Positions 12,790 through 24,748 of a DNA stretch of 58,100 nucleotides are shown here, in pieces. Both the position numbers and the translations under genes were made by a program. Source of the stretch: Candidatus Altimarinota bacterium (lineage in GTDB: Bacteria; Patescibacteriota; Gracilibacteria; BD1-5; UBA6164); contig JAWUYB010000027.1 in assembly GCA_034111025.1 (NCBI GenBank), positions 1 through 58,100 on the forward strand, in the 5' to 3' direction. The notes below the pieces were generated by a model that made no database searches, was not told the origin of the DNA, and saw nothing but the letters and a program-made list of their open reading frames with translations. Within the stretch, counting starts at the first letter, position 1. Every line of letters begins with the position of its first letter.

Positions 12790-13875
12790 TTATCTTTCTA
12801 AACTATCTTTTATAAGCTTAGGATTGTTAGCATACTTTAAACCTTCTTCTAGAGTAATTGTACCCGATTGAATAAGATTAACAATATCTGTTTCAAGTAA
12901 TTGCATTCATTCTCTCATCCCTATTTGGATAACAGATGGTATTTGATGGAGATCATTTTCTCTAATTAAATTAGCTACCGCTTGATTTTTATATAATATT
13001 TCTTTTGCTAATTTTACTCATGTACCATCACTCGTTTTTAATAATCTTTGTGAAAATACTGCCACTAAAGAATCCGCTAATTGAAGTCTTATTTGATTTT
13101 TATCAGCAGCTTCAAAACTATCTAATATTCTTGTAATTGTTTGATAAGCACTACGTGTATGTAGTGTTGAAAAAACTAAATGCCCTGTTTCAGCGAGTCT
13201 AAGAGCCATTTCCATTTCAGATTTTGATCTCATTTCCCCAAATAGTATCACTTGAGGATTTTGTCTCATAGCACCAATTAATGCAGTTTCATAATCTGGA
13301 ATATCTCTCCCTATTTCTTTATGTTCAATAATTGACATTTTATGAGAATGTACATATTCAATTGGATCTTCTATAGTAATAATATGTCTATTATAATTTT
13401 CATTTATATAATCAATCATAGCAGCAAGAGTTGTTGTTTTACCAGATCCAGTTGGCCCAGTAACTAATATAAGTCATTGTCCTAATTTGGTAACATCTTT
13501 GTAAATATCCGTTAAACCTAAATTTTCAGCGTTTGGAATATCAACCGTTAAAAGTCTTAATACAGTCATATAATTTCACATTTGAAAAGATATATTAACT
13601 CTGAATCTTCTTCTTCAAAAGCTAAAAGAAAAATCATAATTTTGATCCCTATTTAGTATTTCTAATTCTTCAAGAGTAATTAATGAATGTGCAAAATCTT
13701 TTGAAGATTCCGAAGTAAATTTTTCTACTCCATCATCTAAACGAACAATATCTCCTCCAATTTTAATCGCTGGGTAAGTTCATACAGTAATATACATATC
13801 ACTCCCTTCATTATCAATCATAACTTGTAATAATTGATCTTTAAAAATATTATCCTCGATTATTAACTTGCTCAT
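12790..13875 (-). CDS. pilT: Twitching-motility (retraction) ATPase PilT family, 361 aa
   Basis: The frame contains track ORF 13018-13419. Motifs: ..RFRVNISFQMG.., Walker [30 protein letters not shown], and GEMRSKSEMEMALRLAETGHLVFSTLHT. ATG is at 13873-13875 and TAA at 12790-12792. Confidence 0.9.
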
Positions 13876-13938
13876 CTAAACGGTATTAATATATAATTAC
13901 TATCATTGTATCATATAAAGATTTAAGGAACAAAAAAA

Positions 13939-14778
13939 CTAGAGATTATTTAGCTTTTTTATTTTTGGATTTTTTTTCATAAATATTCCTGCATTTACAA
14001 GTAATGTTAATGCAACTAATACCCATGTTTCAGAACCAGTATCTGGTGTTTTAGCAGCATTTAGAGCTATATTTTCTAGTTCTAAAACTTCTTTACCTTC
14101 ATCATCGATTAATACAGCTTCTTTTTTTATAACTTCAACAGTATCTGTTGTTTCAAAGTCATATAATTCTTCATTAAAAGATATATTTTTAAATGCTCCG
14201 TCTTCTAATGATAATATCATTAACATATATTGACTATGAGACATAATAGCTTTTTTTAGATGTAATTTTAATTCTTGTGGTCCAGTATATGAAATTGTAT
14301 CTACAAATATTTCACTAAATACTTTAAATTCAAAATCTGAATCATCTACAAGATTTTTGAAATATACTTCTAAAGTTCTTTTATCAACAGTAACAATTTT
14401 AACTATCCCTTGATCTTTAGGTTGATACATATTTGGAATTTCAACATCAAGAAAAGATTCTTCTGTTCTAAAATCGATATTTCAATTTGCACCGAATATA
14501 GTTAATAGATTATAATTGGTTAACATTTGTAGGTCTTCTTCTAGAGTTAAGATCACTTTATTATGATCATTAATATCTCTTGTAGCAAAACTAACTAAAA
14601 TATCTTTTAATACTTTTACATCACCTGTAATAGCTTCTGATAAAGTAACATCACTCGATAATGATAGTTGTATTTCATGACTATTCATAACTTCAATATT
14701 TTCAAGAGTAGCTGCATGCGTAGTATTTGTAATAATACTTGTAATAAATAGTAGGAAAATAATTTTTAAAAGTTTCAT
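13939..14778 (-). CDS. Secreted protein with C-terminal sortase-like sorting signal, 279 aa
   Basis: Track ORFs 14482-14778 and 13939-14430 are one frame joined by TGA (14482-14484). The signal peptide is MKLLKIIFLLFITSIITNTTHA. The C-terminus is KTPDTG + SETWVLVALTLLVNAGIF + MKKNPKIKK. Confidence 0.65.
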
Positions 14779-14922
14779 AACTGAAATTTTTAGATAAATA
14801 AATATATATATCTATTACATCACATAAAAATCTCTGTGTCAAAAAAAAAGTATAATATTTTATCATTTTGTAATAAGTTCCTTTTGTTTATAATAACTTC
14901 AATTATTTTTTTATATTCATAT

Positions 14923-15861
14923 ATGGATTATATTCTATTAATCATAGGTTTTCTTTTATTAATCAAATGATCAGATTTACTTGTAGATTGAGCTAGTTCT
15001 ATAGCGAAAAAATTTGGTATTTCTTCATTAGTTATTGGTTTAACAATTGTAGCATTTTGATCAAGTTCACCTGAATTGGTCATTAATTTAATTTCTTGAT
15101 TTCAAGGGAAGACTGATTTAGCTGTTTCAAATATTCTAGGAAGTAATATTTCTAATATCTTATTAATTCTTTGAATTACCGCTTTAATTTGTCCAATAAC
15201 TTTACCTCAATCAACGGTAAAGAAAGAAATTCCTTATTTAATATTTGTAGCAGCTATATTAATACTTCTTATATATGATGGAAATATTAATACCTTTGAT
15301 GCAAGTATATTATCAATATTATTTTCCTGATTTTTATTCTATACATTCAAAATTGCTAAAAATTGAAATAATGAAGAAGAAAAAAAAATCGATCTTATGT
15401 CGAATAAAAAAGCTACTATTTATATAATACTTGGTTTTATCTGACTCATAGGTTGATGAAATATGATTGTGGATAGTGCTGTTTCAATTGCTTCAAATTT
15501 TGGTTTACCAGAAGCCTTTATTTGAGTTACTATCGTTGCTATTGGGACATCTTTACCTGAACTTGCTGTGAGTCTCATAGCTGCGTTTAAAAAGCAAACT
15601 GATATAGCTGTAGGTGCAGTGGTAGGTTCTAATATATTTAATACATTATGGATATTAGGTGCAACTTGATTAATAACTACCCTTCCTGCATATGAATGAA
15701 TACATATAGATTTATGAGTAAATCTTATAGCAAGTATATTAATATTTGTTTTCGCTTTCACATTTAAAAAACATTTACTAGAAAGAAGAGAAGGTTTTAT
15801 ATTACTTATTGCATACTTGAGTTATATAGGATATCTCATTTCAACAGTAATAACTACATAA
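14923..15861 (+). CDS. Ca2+/cation antiporter (CaCA/YrbG-type Na+/Ca2+ exchanger), 312 aa
   Basis: Two alpha-repeats are present, [14 protein letters not shown] and [14 protein letters not shown], with [12 protein letters not shown] and [12 protein letters not shown]. About 10 hydrophobic segments are visible. The frame is recovered only with TGA read-through. Confidence 0.85.
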
Positions 15862-15881
15862 AAAAACAGATGAATTATCAT

Positions 15882-16262
15882 CTATTTTTTTTGTTCTAAG
15901 TATGTTTCTAATATTAAAGCAGCAGCTATATCATCTCTTTTAGAATAATCTCCCATCTCAAGAGATATTTCATCTGCAGCAAAACTTGTAAATCTTTCAT
16001 CACAACCTTCGATAGATATATGTGGAAATTGTTCTGATAAATACTTCATGTATTCTTTTGTTTTTTCTAGTTGTTTATTTTTTTTTCCATATAAGTCATA
16101 TGGAAGTCCTATAACAATAATTCTAATTTTATATTCAGAAACATATTTTTTTAATGTTTGCATCAGCTTTGGTCTGAGTACAATTTCTTTTGGGAAAACT
16201 ATTCATGTTTGTTCGATAGCAATTCAGCAACGTTTATCTCATAGATCAATTGATAAATACAT
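15882..16262 (-). CDS. ruvX: Holliday junction resolvase-like / pre-16S rRNA nuclease RuvX (YqgF), 126 aa
   Basis: Track ORF 15882-16163 extends upstream through three TGA to MYLSIDLGDKRCGIAIEQTG, the YqgF N-terminal motif. The start overlaps the rplI stop (TAATG). Confidence 0.8.
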
Positions 16263-16714
16263 TAATTTTCTGGGTTAATAACTACTTTAATTTTTGCGCT
16301 AGCATCTTTTCAAAGTTTGATATAAACTGTAGTCTCTCAGAGTTGTTTTATATGACCATTTGGTAAAGAAATATGTTTTTTAGTAAGAGCTATTCTACAT
16401 TCAGATTTGATTGCTTTAATAATATCTTTTTCACCAATTGCTCAAAAAACTTTATCATTCACTCATGTTTTGAGTGTAAAATTAAAAACTTTTGAATCTA
16501 GTAAATCCGTGATATTATGTTTATTTTCTAATAATTCTCTTCTATGAAAATCTTCTTTTTTAAGAGTATCTTTGAATTTTTTTTCAACTTCAGGAGTTAA
16601 TTCAATTGCATATTTTTTTGGAAATAACATATTTATTGCATATCCGGGTTTCACTTCTTTTACTTCACCTTTTTTTGCTACATGTAATACATTTTCTAAA
16701 AATAATACTTTCAT
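16262..16714 (-). CDS. rplI: 50S ribosomal protein L9, 150 aa
   Basis: MKVLFLENVLHVAKKGEVKEVKPGYAINMLFPKKYA... is the typical L9 N-terminus. Track ORF 16463-16714 continues through TGA to TAA at 16262-16264. Confidence 0.85.
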
Positions 16715-16774
16715 ATGATTTTATATTAAAGACTAATTTACTTAAGTATACATTATTAATAAAAAATAAAAAAT

Positions 16775-16803
16775 AAAAAAACTGAAATATTTCAGTTTTT
16801 TTA
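16775..16803. terminator. Hairpin terminator downstream of nusA
   Basis: Palindrome actgaaat/atttcagt (16781-16796), flanked by an A-run and a T-run. Confidence 0.6.
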
Positions 16804-16813
16804 TTTTTCTATG

Positions 16814-17884
16814 TTATTTTGATTCTTCAATATCTTCAATAGATATTTTATATCAAGTTAAACTTGCAGCTAGATGAACATTAAGTCCATTTTTACCAAC
16901 AGCTCTTGCTCTTTCTGAAGCATTAATATAAGCTTTGGCATACATTTCATCTTCATTAATTTCAACTCTAATTACTTCTGCAGGAGAAAGTGATTTTTTA
17001 ATGATTTCACCCATATCTTCTGAATTTGGGATAATATCGATTTTTTCACCTCCTATTTCTTCCATTACTGATTTAACTCTCATACCTTTTTGTCCAATAA
17101 GTGTACCTACGGCATCAATTTCTTCAAATGTAGAAGATACTAACATTTTAGTTTTTATACCAGCTTGTCTTACTACTTTATCTATTGTAATTATTCCTTC
17201 TCAAATTTCAGGAACAAATTCTGCAAATACTGCAGGAACCATTTCAGCCCTTTTTCTTGATAACACTACTTTTGGAGCACCAGTTTCAGTTTTAGCAACT
17301 TCAGCAACATATACAAAAAGCCTTGTCCCAGCTAAATAATTATCTCTAGGTACTTGTTCAGATTTTGGTAAAACTACTTGATTTCCATTATAATCAAACA
17401 ATACTTTCCCACTTTCAACTATATCAATTTTCATAGAAATAACTTCACCTTCTTTTCCATCAAATAATTCATATATTTTTTCTTTTTCAGTATCACCTAT
17501 TTTTTGAATAATTACTTGTCTTGCTGCTTGAGAAGCAATTCTACCAAATGATTCTGCATTATCTTCTCACATTACTTCATCAGTAACATCAAGTTCAATT
17601 TTATCACCTTCTGAAAAATTTTCAGCATCATCTCCTAGTTCTTCAAAACTAATTTCAAGAGCTGGATTTGTAACTTCTTTTACTACAATTTTTTCAATTG
17701 AAATTTCAATTTCATATGCTTCAAAATCTAATTTTACAATTACTTCTTCATCTTTTGCTCAGAAATCTTTTTTATATGCAGTTCTAATAGCTGCTTCAAT
17801 AATTTCAATTAATTTTTCTTTTGGAATTTTTTTTTCAGCTGAGATAATCGATACAGCTTGTTCTATTTGTTTTAAGTCTAACAT
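16814..17884 (-). CDS. nusA: Transcription termination/antitermination factor NusA, 356 aa
   Basis: Joins track ORFs 17201-17434 and 16853-17146. The N-terminus is MLDLKQIEQAVSIISAEKKIPKEKLIEIIEAAI. An S1 region (GEVISMKIDIVESGKVLFDY) and KH regions (AVGTLIGQKGMRVKSVMEEIGGEKIDII; RARAVGKNGLNVHLAASLTG) are present. Confidence 0.9.
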
Positions 17885-17904
17885 TTTTTATTTTTTTATT
17901 TTTT

Positions 17905-17946
17905 AAAAACAAAACGAGAACTTGTGGAACAAATTCTCGTTTTTTT
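17905..17946. terminator. Hairpin terminator downstream of ftsZ
   Basis: Stem acgagaa (17914-17920) pairs with ttctcgt (17934-17940), with A/T runs on both sides. Confidence 0.55.
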
Positions 17947-18005
17947 CAAACGTACAAGCAAATAATATGATTTTTTTCTTATTTTGCAAATATTTTTTAA
18001 ATGAA

Positions 18006-19205
18006 TTACATTTTTTTTCTTAAAAATGTTGGAATGTCTAAATCTTCCCCAGAGTGAGTTGTACCTGAATTTGTATTAGCAGCAGGAATAACTCTAGAAT
18101 CATTTACTGATCTTCTACCAAATGGACTCATACTTGGAGTATCAATTGTTCTTTTTTGTTCTTGAAAGGTTGCATTTGAGACTTCATCAAATCAGGTTGC
18201 ACAAACAGTAATTTTTAGTTCACCATTGTATTCTTCATTAATAGTAGCACCAAAGATAATATTTGCATCAGGATCAACAGATTCAGTAATTATTTTTGCA
18301 GCTTCATCAACTTCAAACATTGATAAATCTGTACCTCCTGTAATATTGAATAATAATCCTTTAGCTCCAGCGATAGATAATTCTAAAAGTGGTGAATCAA
18401 TAGCAGCTCTTGCAGCCTCTACAGCTCTATTTTCCCCTGAACCATATCCAATACCCATAAGAGCAGATCAAGCATTTCTCATAACTGATCTAACATCAGC
18501 GAAATCTACATTAATCATACCTGGTTGAGTAATTAAATCTGAAATACCTTGTACCCCTTGATTTAATACTTCATCTACAATAGAGAAAGCATCTAATAAT
18601 GGAGTTTTTTTATCGATAATAGATAAGATTTTATCATTTGGAATAGTTATAAGTGTATCAACTTTTTCTTTTAATTGTTCATAACCATCGATAGATTTTC
18701 CTAATCTATTTTGACCTTCAAACCCAAATGGTTTTGTAACTACACCAACAGTAAGAGCACCTACCTCTTTAGCAATTTCTGCAACTACAGGAGCAGCACC
18801 CGTACCAGTACCTCAACCTAATCCACAAGTAATGAAGACCATATCAGCACCTTCTAGAGCTATTTTAATATCTTCTCTTGATTCTTCAGCTGATTTTTTA
18901 CCAACTTCTGGATCTGAACCTGCACCTAAACCACCGGTAATAATTTTACCAATATTGATTTTAGTAGGAGCAAGTGAACTAAATAATGCTTGAGCATCTG
19001 TATTAATTGAAATAAATTCAACTCCAGCTAACCCTCATTCAATCATTCTGTTTACTGCATTATTTCAACCTCAACCAACTCAAACAACTTTGATTTTTGC
19101 GACTGGTGAAATTGAAGAAGCTATATTTACTTCTTCAGGACCAGTAGATTCAACATGTGCAGAACCAGATAATAAGCTTTTTAGTTTATCTTCTCTCATT
19201 GACAT
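18006..19205 (-). CDS. ftsZ: Cell division GTPase FtsZ, 399 aa
   Basis: KIKVVGVGGGGNNAVNRM is encoded gtt-TGA-gtt-ggt-TGA-ggt-TGA-aat. [16 protein letters not shown] also contains a TGA, and so does [18 protein letters not shown]. The C-terminal peptide is [12 protein letters not shown]. These are textbook FtsZ motifs, intact only if TGA=Gly. Confidence 0.95.
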
Positions 19206-19232
19206 AATAATTGGAATTAATTAAATATAAAA

Positions 19233-20468
19233 TTATGGTAATAGTTTTTTAAATGTATTTATAATTGATTCAAAGAATCCTCATATGTTTACAGAAAACA
19301 TTTTTCATGATATTGAATACTTATTCGAAAGAATCATTGTACCAATAACACTTGCAAATACTGGATCTGATATTAATGAATCGTTGAAATCATCTTGCGA
19401 TACAGGTAATCATATAAATACAGGTAATTTTAATGATTTTTTTCAAAGATCTACAAAACCTTTAATCTTTGTTCATCCTCATACACATATAGCTCATTCT
19501 GGTAACATTCAGTCCTTTCAAATTTTTTTAAGTTCTTCACGAATGAAATAAAATATTTCATCATAACGAGCAGTAACGATTTTTGATAAGTATTCTAATG
19601 AAACAACTGATTCTTCATGTTGATCATATATTGATAATACTATTTCTTTATCAGAAAAACCATCTTTATTTTCTAAATCTAATTCTGCGTAATCTAATTT
19701 TAATTTTTCAGCAACGGTAGTTGAAGTCCTTAATCCTAGTGCAATATCATTGGTAACATTATCTCAACCAATTGATATAATTCATGAATATTTTAAACTT
19801 CATTCTTCATAAACTGATACTCAAGTTGTAGCAGCTCAGATATCAATACATACAACTCACAGTTCTTTTTGTCTTTTAGATAAAACTGATTCTGGAGCGC
19901 TGAGAAGATTTGGATAAATATCATATATTTCAATTCCGATATCGCTTACCGCTTTTTTAATATTATTAAGAATATTAAAATTCATTGAAAAAATATTTGC
20001 TTCTACATCCATTTTTCTTGCGGTCATTCAAATTGGGTTTTTAACTCAAGGTTCTAGATCAACGATAAAATTTTCTGGTATTACCTTTAATATCTCTCTA
20101 TTTGGTAAATCAACACCTCATTTAGCCATTTCTAATGCTCTATCTATATCTTCTTCAGCGATTTCTCATCATGATACAGCAACAATTCATTTATTTTTTA
20201 TTACTTCATATGATGAAGAGTTAAATGAAATATACGCTCCTGCAGCTTCTTCTCAAGACATTTTTTCAGCTTCTTCTAAAGATTTATCCAAGTTATTCTT
20301 AAATTCTTCCATATCAAGGATATTTCCTTTTCTTATTGCATTTGAATCTGAAACTCAAACTCCAAGGATGTGAAAATCTTCTTGCGAGTCAGAATCAAAA
20401 TATCAGATAATTGTTCTGATTTTTGAACTTCAAATATCTATAGTAGTTATTATGTTAGATACTCACAT
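19233..20468 (-). CDS. ftsA: Cell division protein FtsA, 411 aa
   Basis: MGVSNIITTIDIGSSKIRTIIG.., VVCIDIGAATTGVSVYEEG, IGGDNVTNDIALGL and GAICVGGGTKIKG form an actin-like ATPase pattern. The gene lies immediately upstream of ftsZ. No ORF appears in the standard-code track. Confidence 0.85.
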
Positions 20469-20716
20469 TATATATTATTCTCTTAAGTTATAATTATGTT
20501 CTATTTTTTTATACAGATTTTTTGTTTATAATAAGAGGTTTTTGCTTTTTTTACAAAACCCTTATACATAAGATTATATTGAGCAAATACCCTTTTACAA
20601 AGCAAAATTAACAACTCATGTTAAAAACAAAAAAAACAGGTCTATTTTTTGCAATAATTCAAAAAAAATGTTACCTTATATATAAGTTAATGCTCTAAAA
20701 AATTAAACACAAAATT

Positions 20717-21919
20717 ATGAAAGCTTTTTATACGATTTTTCAGTTAATTATCATCTTAGTATTACTTTCTAATATTATGTTATTTTTCTTATTTTGAGAA
20801 GACGTACTTAATGTAGATAAAAAAATTATGTATATGATTCTTGCAAGTATTGTAGTTATAGAATTTTTAGTATTATCACATGCTATTAATAAATTCTTTT
20901 ATCAACCTATTAAAGACCTTGAAACAACTATAAAACGTTTTTATCATGGTGAATATAAAAATAATAATATCCAATTTAAAGAATCTTGGAATCCTAACTT
21001 AAACTTTGTATTAAAGTTTTTCGGGCAAACCCTTAATACCCTAAAAAACATTAAAACCGAGTTCTTACATGGGAAAGAAATCAAGTCTGAAGTAGACTTA
21101 GCTGGTGAAATTCAAGGAAAAATGCTTACAAAGAAATTAACAAAAGTTCCAGACTTAGATATTATTGTTAAATCAAAATCAGCATGAGAAATTTGATGAG
21201 ATTCTTATGATATTATTCAAGTTAATGATAATTATTATATTTATGTATGAGATGCTACATGACATGGTGTTGGTGCTTGATTTATTATGATTATGGTAAA
21301 TGCTCTTATAAGTGGTTTTGCAAAGGTATTCAAAAATGGAAATACAATTTTATCAAAAACAAATGAAATTCTAAAACCAAGAGTAAAGGCTAATTTACTT
21401 ATGAGTTTATTAATGGTCAGATGGGATCAACAAGAAAAAAGAATGTTTATGACATGAGCATGACATGAGTACTTGATGATATATAAACATCAAAAAAATA
21501 AATGTTATAAAATTAAATCTGGTTGAGTTGCCTTAGGTATGGTCAAAGACTGTAGTAAAATTCTGAAAGAACAAGAAATTCAATTTGAACCTAATGATAT
21601 TATAGTTTTATATAGTGATGGTATAACCGAAGCTATTAATAAGTCTCAAAAAGATGGTACTGAAGAAATGTTTTGAGAACAAAGATTAATAAATGCGATT
21701 GAACAGTCTCCTAATATTCCGAATAAAAAATATAAATCTAGTAGATCTATATTTAATAATATTACGATAGAATTATCTCAATTTATGTGATATAAACATG
21801 TACAATTAGATGATGTAACATTAGCTACCATTCATTATAAATGAGTAGATTTCGATATAGCTCATGATTTTGATAGAGAGATAACTGGAGATTTTATAAC
21901 AGAATGGAATTGGAATTAA
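20717..21919 (+). CDS. Membrane-bound PP2C/SpoIIE-type phosphatase (2 TM + linker + phosphatase), 400 aa
   Basis: In frame with track ORF 20828-21187. The phosphatase domain reads GEIGGDSYDII..YVGDATGHGVGAGFIM..MTGAGHEYLMIY..IVLYSDGITEA..LDDVTLATI. This is a paralog of the phosphatase domain in the pilus locus. Confidence 0.75.
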
Positions 21920-21946
21920 AAGCACAAACAAAATTGTGCTTTTTTA
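21919..21946 (+). terminator. Rho-independent terminator
   Basis: Stem agcacaa (21921-27) pairs with ttgtgct (21934-40), followed by ttttt. Confidence 0.6.
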
Positions 21947-22051
21947 CTTAGAATTAATAATAATTAAAAGTACAGTGCAAAAACATATATTTTCTTTACA
22001 ATTGGCTAGCTAATATTAAAATAATATAAATTATATTCTAATTAGATACTA

Positions 22052-23914
22052 GTGTCAAACCAAGAAAATTTAAAACATTTAGTGAGCATAAATATCTCTT
22101 GAGATGTTTATACATATATAGACACAAAGAAAAAATTTACTCTAAGTAAAATATCTAAGCAAGAATTAGCACAAGATGACAAACAACTACTAGAAACAGA
22201 AAAGGAATATAAAGAAGCGATGGCATATGTAAAAGATGCTATTTCACCTGCTTATATGAAAATTCTACCAAATAAATTACAAATCAATAATACTTTAGCA
22301 AGAACTTTCTTTGTATATGCATACCCGACATTTTTAGAATGAAATTGGTTATCACCTATTATTAATTGGGACATTAAATACGATATGAGTCTTTTTATAT
22401 ACCCTGTTGAATCAGCAGATATTCAAAAATTTCTAAAAAAGAGATTAACTCAACTTCATTCAGAAAGATCAATTAATGCTGAAAAAGGTTTAATAAATGA
22501 CCCCGCTATTGAAGCTCAAATTCAAGATGTTGAAGAATTAAGGCATAAACTTACTAGATGAGAAGAAAAATATTTTCATTTTTCTTTATATATTACAATA
22601 TATGCAGAAAATGATGATCAATTAAATAAAATTTGAAAAGATATAGAAACTATATTAGCATGAAGAAATGTCCTACAAAAACAAAGTTACTTAAGATCTG
22701 AACAAGGTTTTATTTCTACAGGACCTTTTTGTAAAGATGAACTTTGAGTATACAGAAATATTTCTACAGGTTGATTATCAACAACTTTTCCTTTTTCATC
22801 AAGTACATTAAGTCATGATGATGGTATATTATATGGTATAAATACACATAATAATTCATTAGTATTATATGATAGATTTAAGTCTGAAAATGCAAATATG
22901 ACAGTTTTTGCCAAATCAGGTTCAGGTAAATCATTTGCTGTTAAATTAGAAATACTTAGATCCCTTATGATGGGTATCGATGTAATAGTTATTGATCCTG
23001 AAAATGAATATCAAGCATTAATTAATCAAGTTGGTTGAAGTTATTTAGATGTGAGTCTAAATTCAAATCAAAGAATTAATCCTTTTGACTTACCCCTTCC
23101 TTTAAAAGATCAAAAAGAAAAAGCTTGAGATTTATTAAGATCATGAGTTATTAATTTAATTGGATTAATGAATCTGATGTTATGAAAAATGACACCATTA
23201 GAAGAATCATTAATGGAAAAAGCTCTTATTACTACCTATAGTTTAAAGTGAATAACATTTGAAGATGATAGTATTCTAGGAAAAGAAATTCCAGTGATGA
23301 AGGATCTCCAAGATGTATTAGATACTATGGATTGAGCCACTACACTGGTAATGAGAATTGAAAAATATACTACTTGAATATTCTCATGAATATTCTCTCA
23401 ACAAACAAATATTGATTTAGGTGAATGATTACAAGTCTTCTCTGTTAGAGATTTAGATGATATACTCAGACCTATTGCAATGTATGTTATATTAAATTAC
23501 ATGTGGAATAAGGTAAAGTCTAGTAACAAAAAAAGAATATTAGTTATTGATGAAGCTTGGAATGTAATGCAACATGAAGATTCAGCTAGATTTTTATTCT
23601 GATTAGTAAAAAGAGCAAGAAAATATAATCTTGGTATTACAACTATTACTCAAGATGTGGAAGATTTTATAAGTAGTCCATATGGGAAACCTATTGTGAC
23701 CAATTCTTCTATTCAAATATTATTAAAACAATCTAGTGCATCTATAGATGTTCTACAAAATGTATATAAACTTACAGAACAGGAAAAATATATATTATTA
23801 AATGCTGCTGTTTGACAAGGGTTATTCTTTGCATGAACTGAGCATGTATGAATTCAAGTTGTTGCTTCTTTTTATGAAGAACAAGTTGTTACTACTGATC
23901 CAAATGCAAAATAA
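22052..23914 (+). CDS. VirB4/TrbE/TraC-type (AAA_10) secretion/conjugation ATPase homolog, about 620 aa
   Basis: The frame is open from 22046 to TAA at 23912-23914. Candidate starts are GTG 22052, GTG 22082 and ATG 22220. Walker A is FAKSGSGKSFAVK and Walker B is RILVIDEAWNVM. The N-terminal ..LARTFFVYAYPTFLEGNWLSPII..SLFIYPV.. is typical of VirB4-like proteins. Confidence 0.75.
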
Positions 23915-23925
23915 TTTGAAGAATT

Positions 23926-23953
23926 AAAAAAAATCCCGACAGGGATTTTTTTT
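23926..23953. terminator. Bidirectional terminator between convergent genes
   Basis: Stem aaatccc (23931-37), loop gaca, stem gggattt (23942-48), with an A-run and a T-run. Confidence 0.6.
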
Positions 23954-24707
23954 AATTACATGTTTGCATTTTTTTAGTTGAATATTTATATCAATCAAAC
24001 TCAATTGGTTCAGATTCCCATCTTGATCATCCACTTACCGTGTATGTACAAGTCGATTCTCAACTATAATAAGTATTTGTTAATCAAATTAAACAAGATC
24101 AATTTTTTTCATTATTAGTTGTTCTTTTATTTCAACATCCATATGTATATGAAGAAGAAGATACTGATGACCAAGTTCCTGTAGGTGGAATAGCTATCCA
24201 TGAAGCTGATTTAATTCTCATATTATAATGTTTTGGAGAATTTCATGGTAGAATTAATTTAAATCATGTTTTTGTTACATTTGAATAAGATATTCAAAGA
24301 TCAAAAGTTTCAGATCTAGAATCATTAGATAAATAGAATCCTGCTGCAGATACTACAATTTTAGGAATTCAACTAAATGGTTTTTGAAAAACCACATTTA
24401 CAGTTTTATTACTATTACTCGTATTATATTCCATACCAGCTTGTACTCACTCAGGCGTAATTGATGCAGCTGGTGAAAAACAACTAAATACCCCCCCTTT
24501 ATATGTTAAACTTTCTCACTCTCAACATTCTGGTATATCAGATTTAGATACTTTTAAATCAAATGTATTGTTTAAATCAGTAGCATCTAAAATTTCTCAA
24601 TTTGTAAATGTTGTAGCAGCAATTACTGCTCAAGTTATTAAAACGGATGTTAGAATAACTGAAAAAGTAAGTTTCCCTACTTTTTCAAAAAATTTATTTT
24701 TATCCAT
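23952..24707 (-). CDS. Membrane-anchored H-type lectin domain protein, 251 aa
   Basis: N-terminal TM segment LTFSVILTSVLITGAVIAA. KTVNVVFQKPFSGIPKIVVSAAGFYLSNDSRSETFDLGISYSNVTKTGFKLIL...RIKSASWIAI matches the H_lectin pattern (V.F.kPFs.pP.Vvv...nVT.tGF......sWiAi). The tail is Cys-containing. Confidence 0.6.
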
Positions 24708-24748
24708 AATATATATTTATTATCGTTATTTAAAAAGTATCTCTTTTT

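Noticed and set aside
16935-18528. Plus-strand ORFs 16935-17339 and 18226-18528. Similar antisense ORFs occur at 5188-5511, 52888-53079, 56387-56758 and 56967-57257.
   Set aside because: Each is antisense to a well-supported gene (nusA, ftsZ, hisS, rplL, the E/K-rich protein) and encodes Ser/Ile/Phe-rich low-complexity text.
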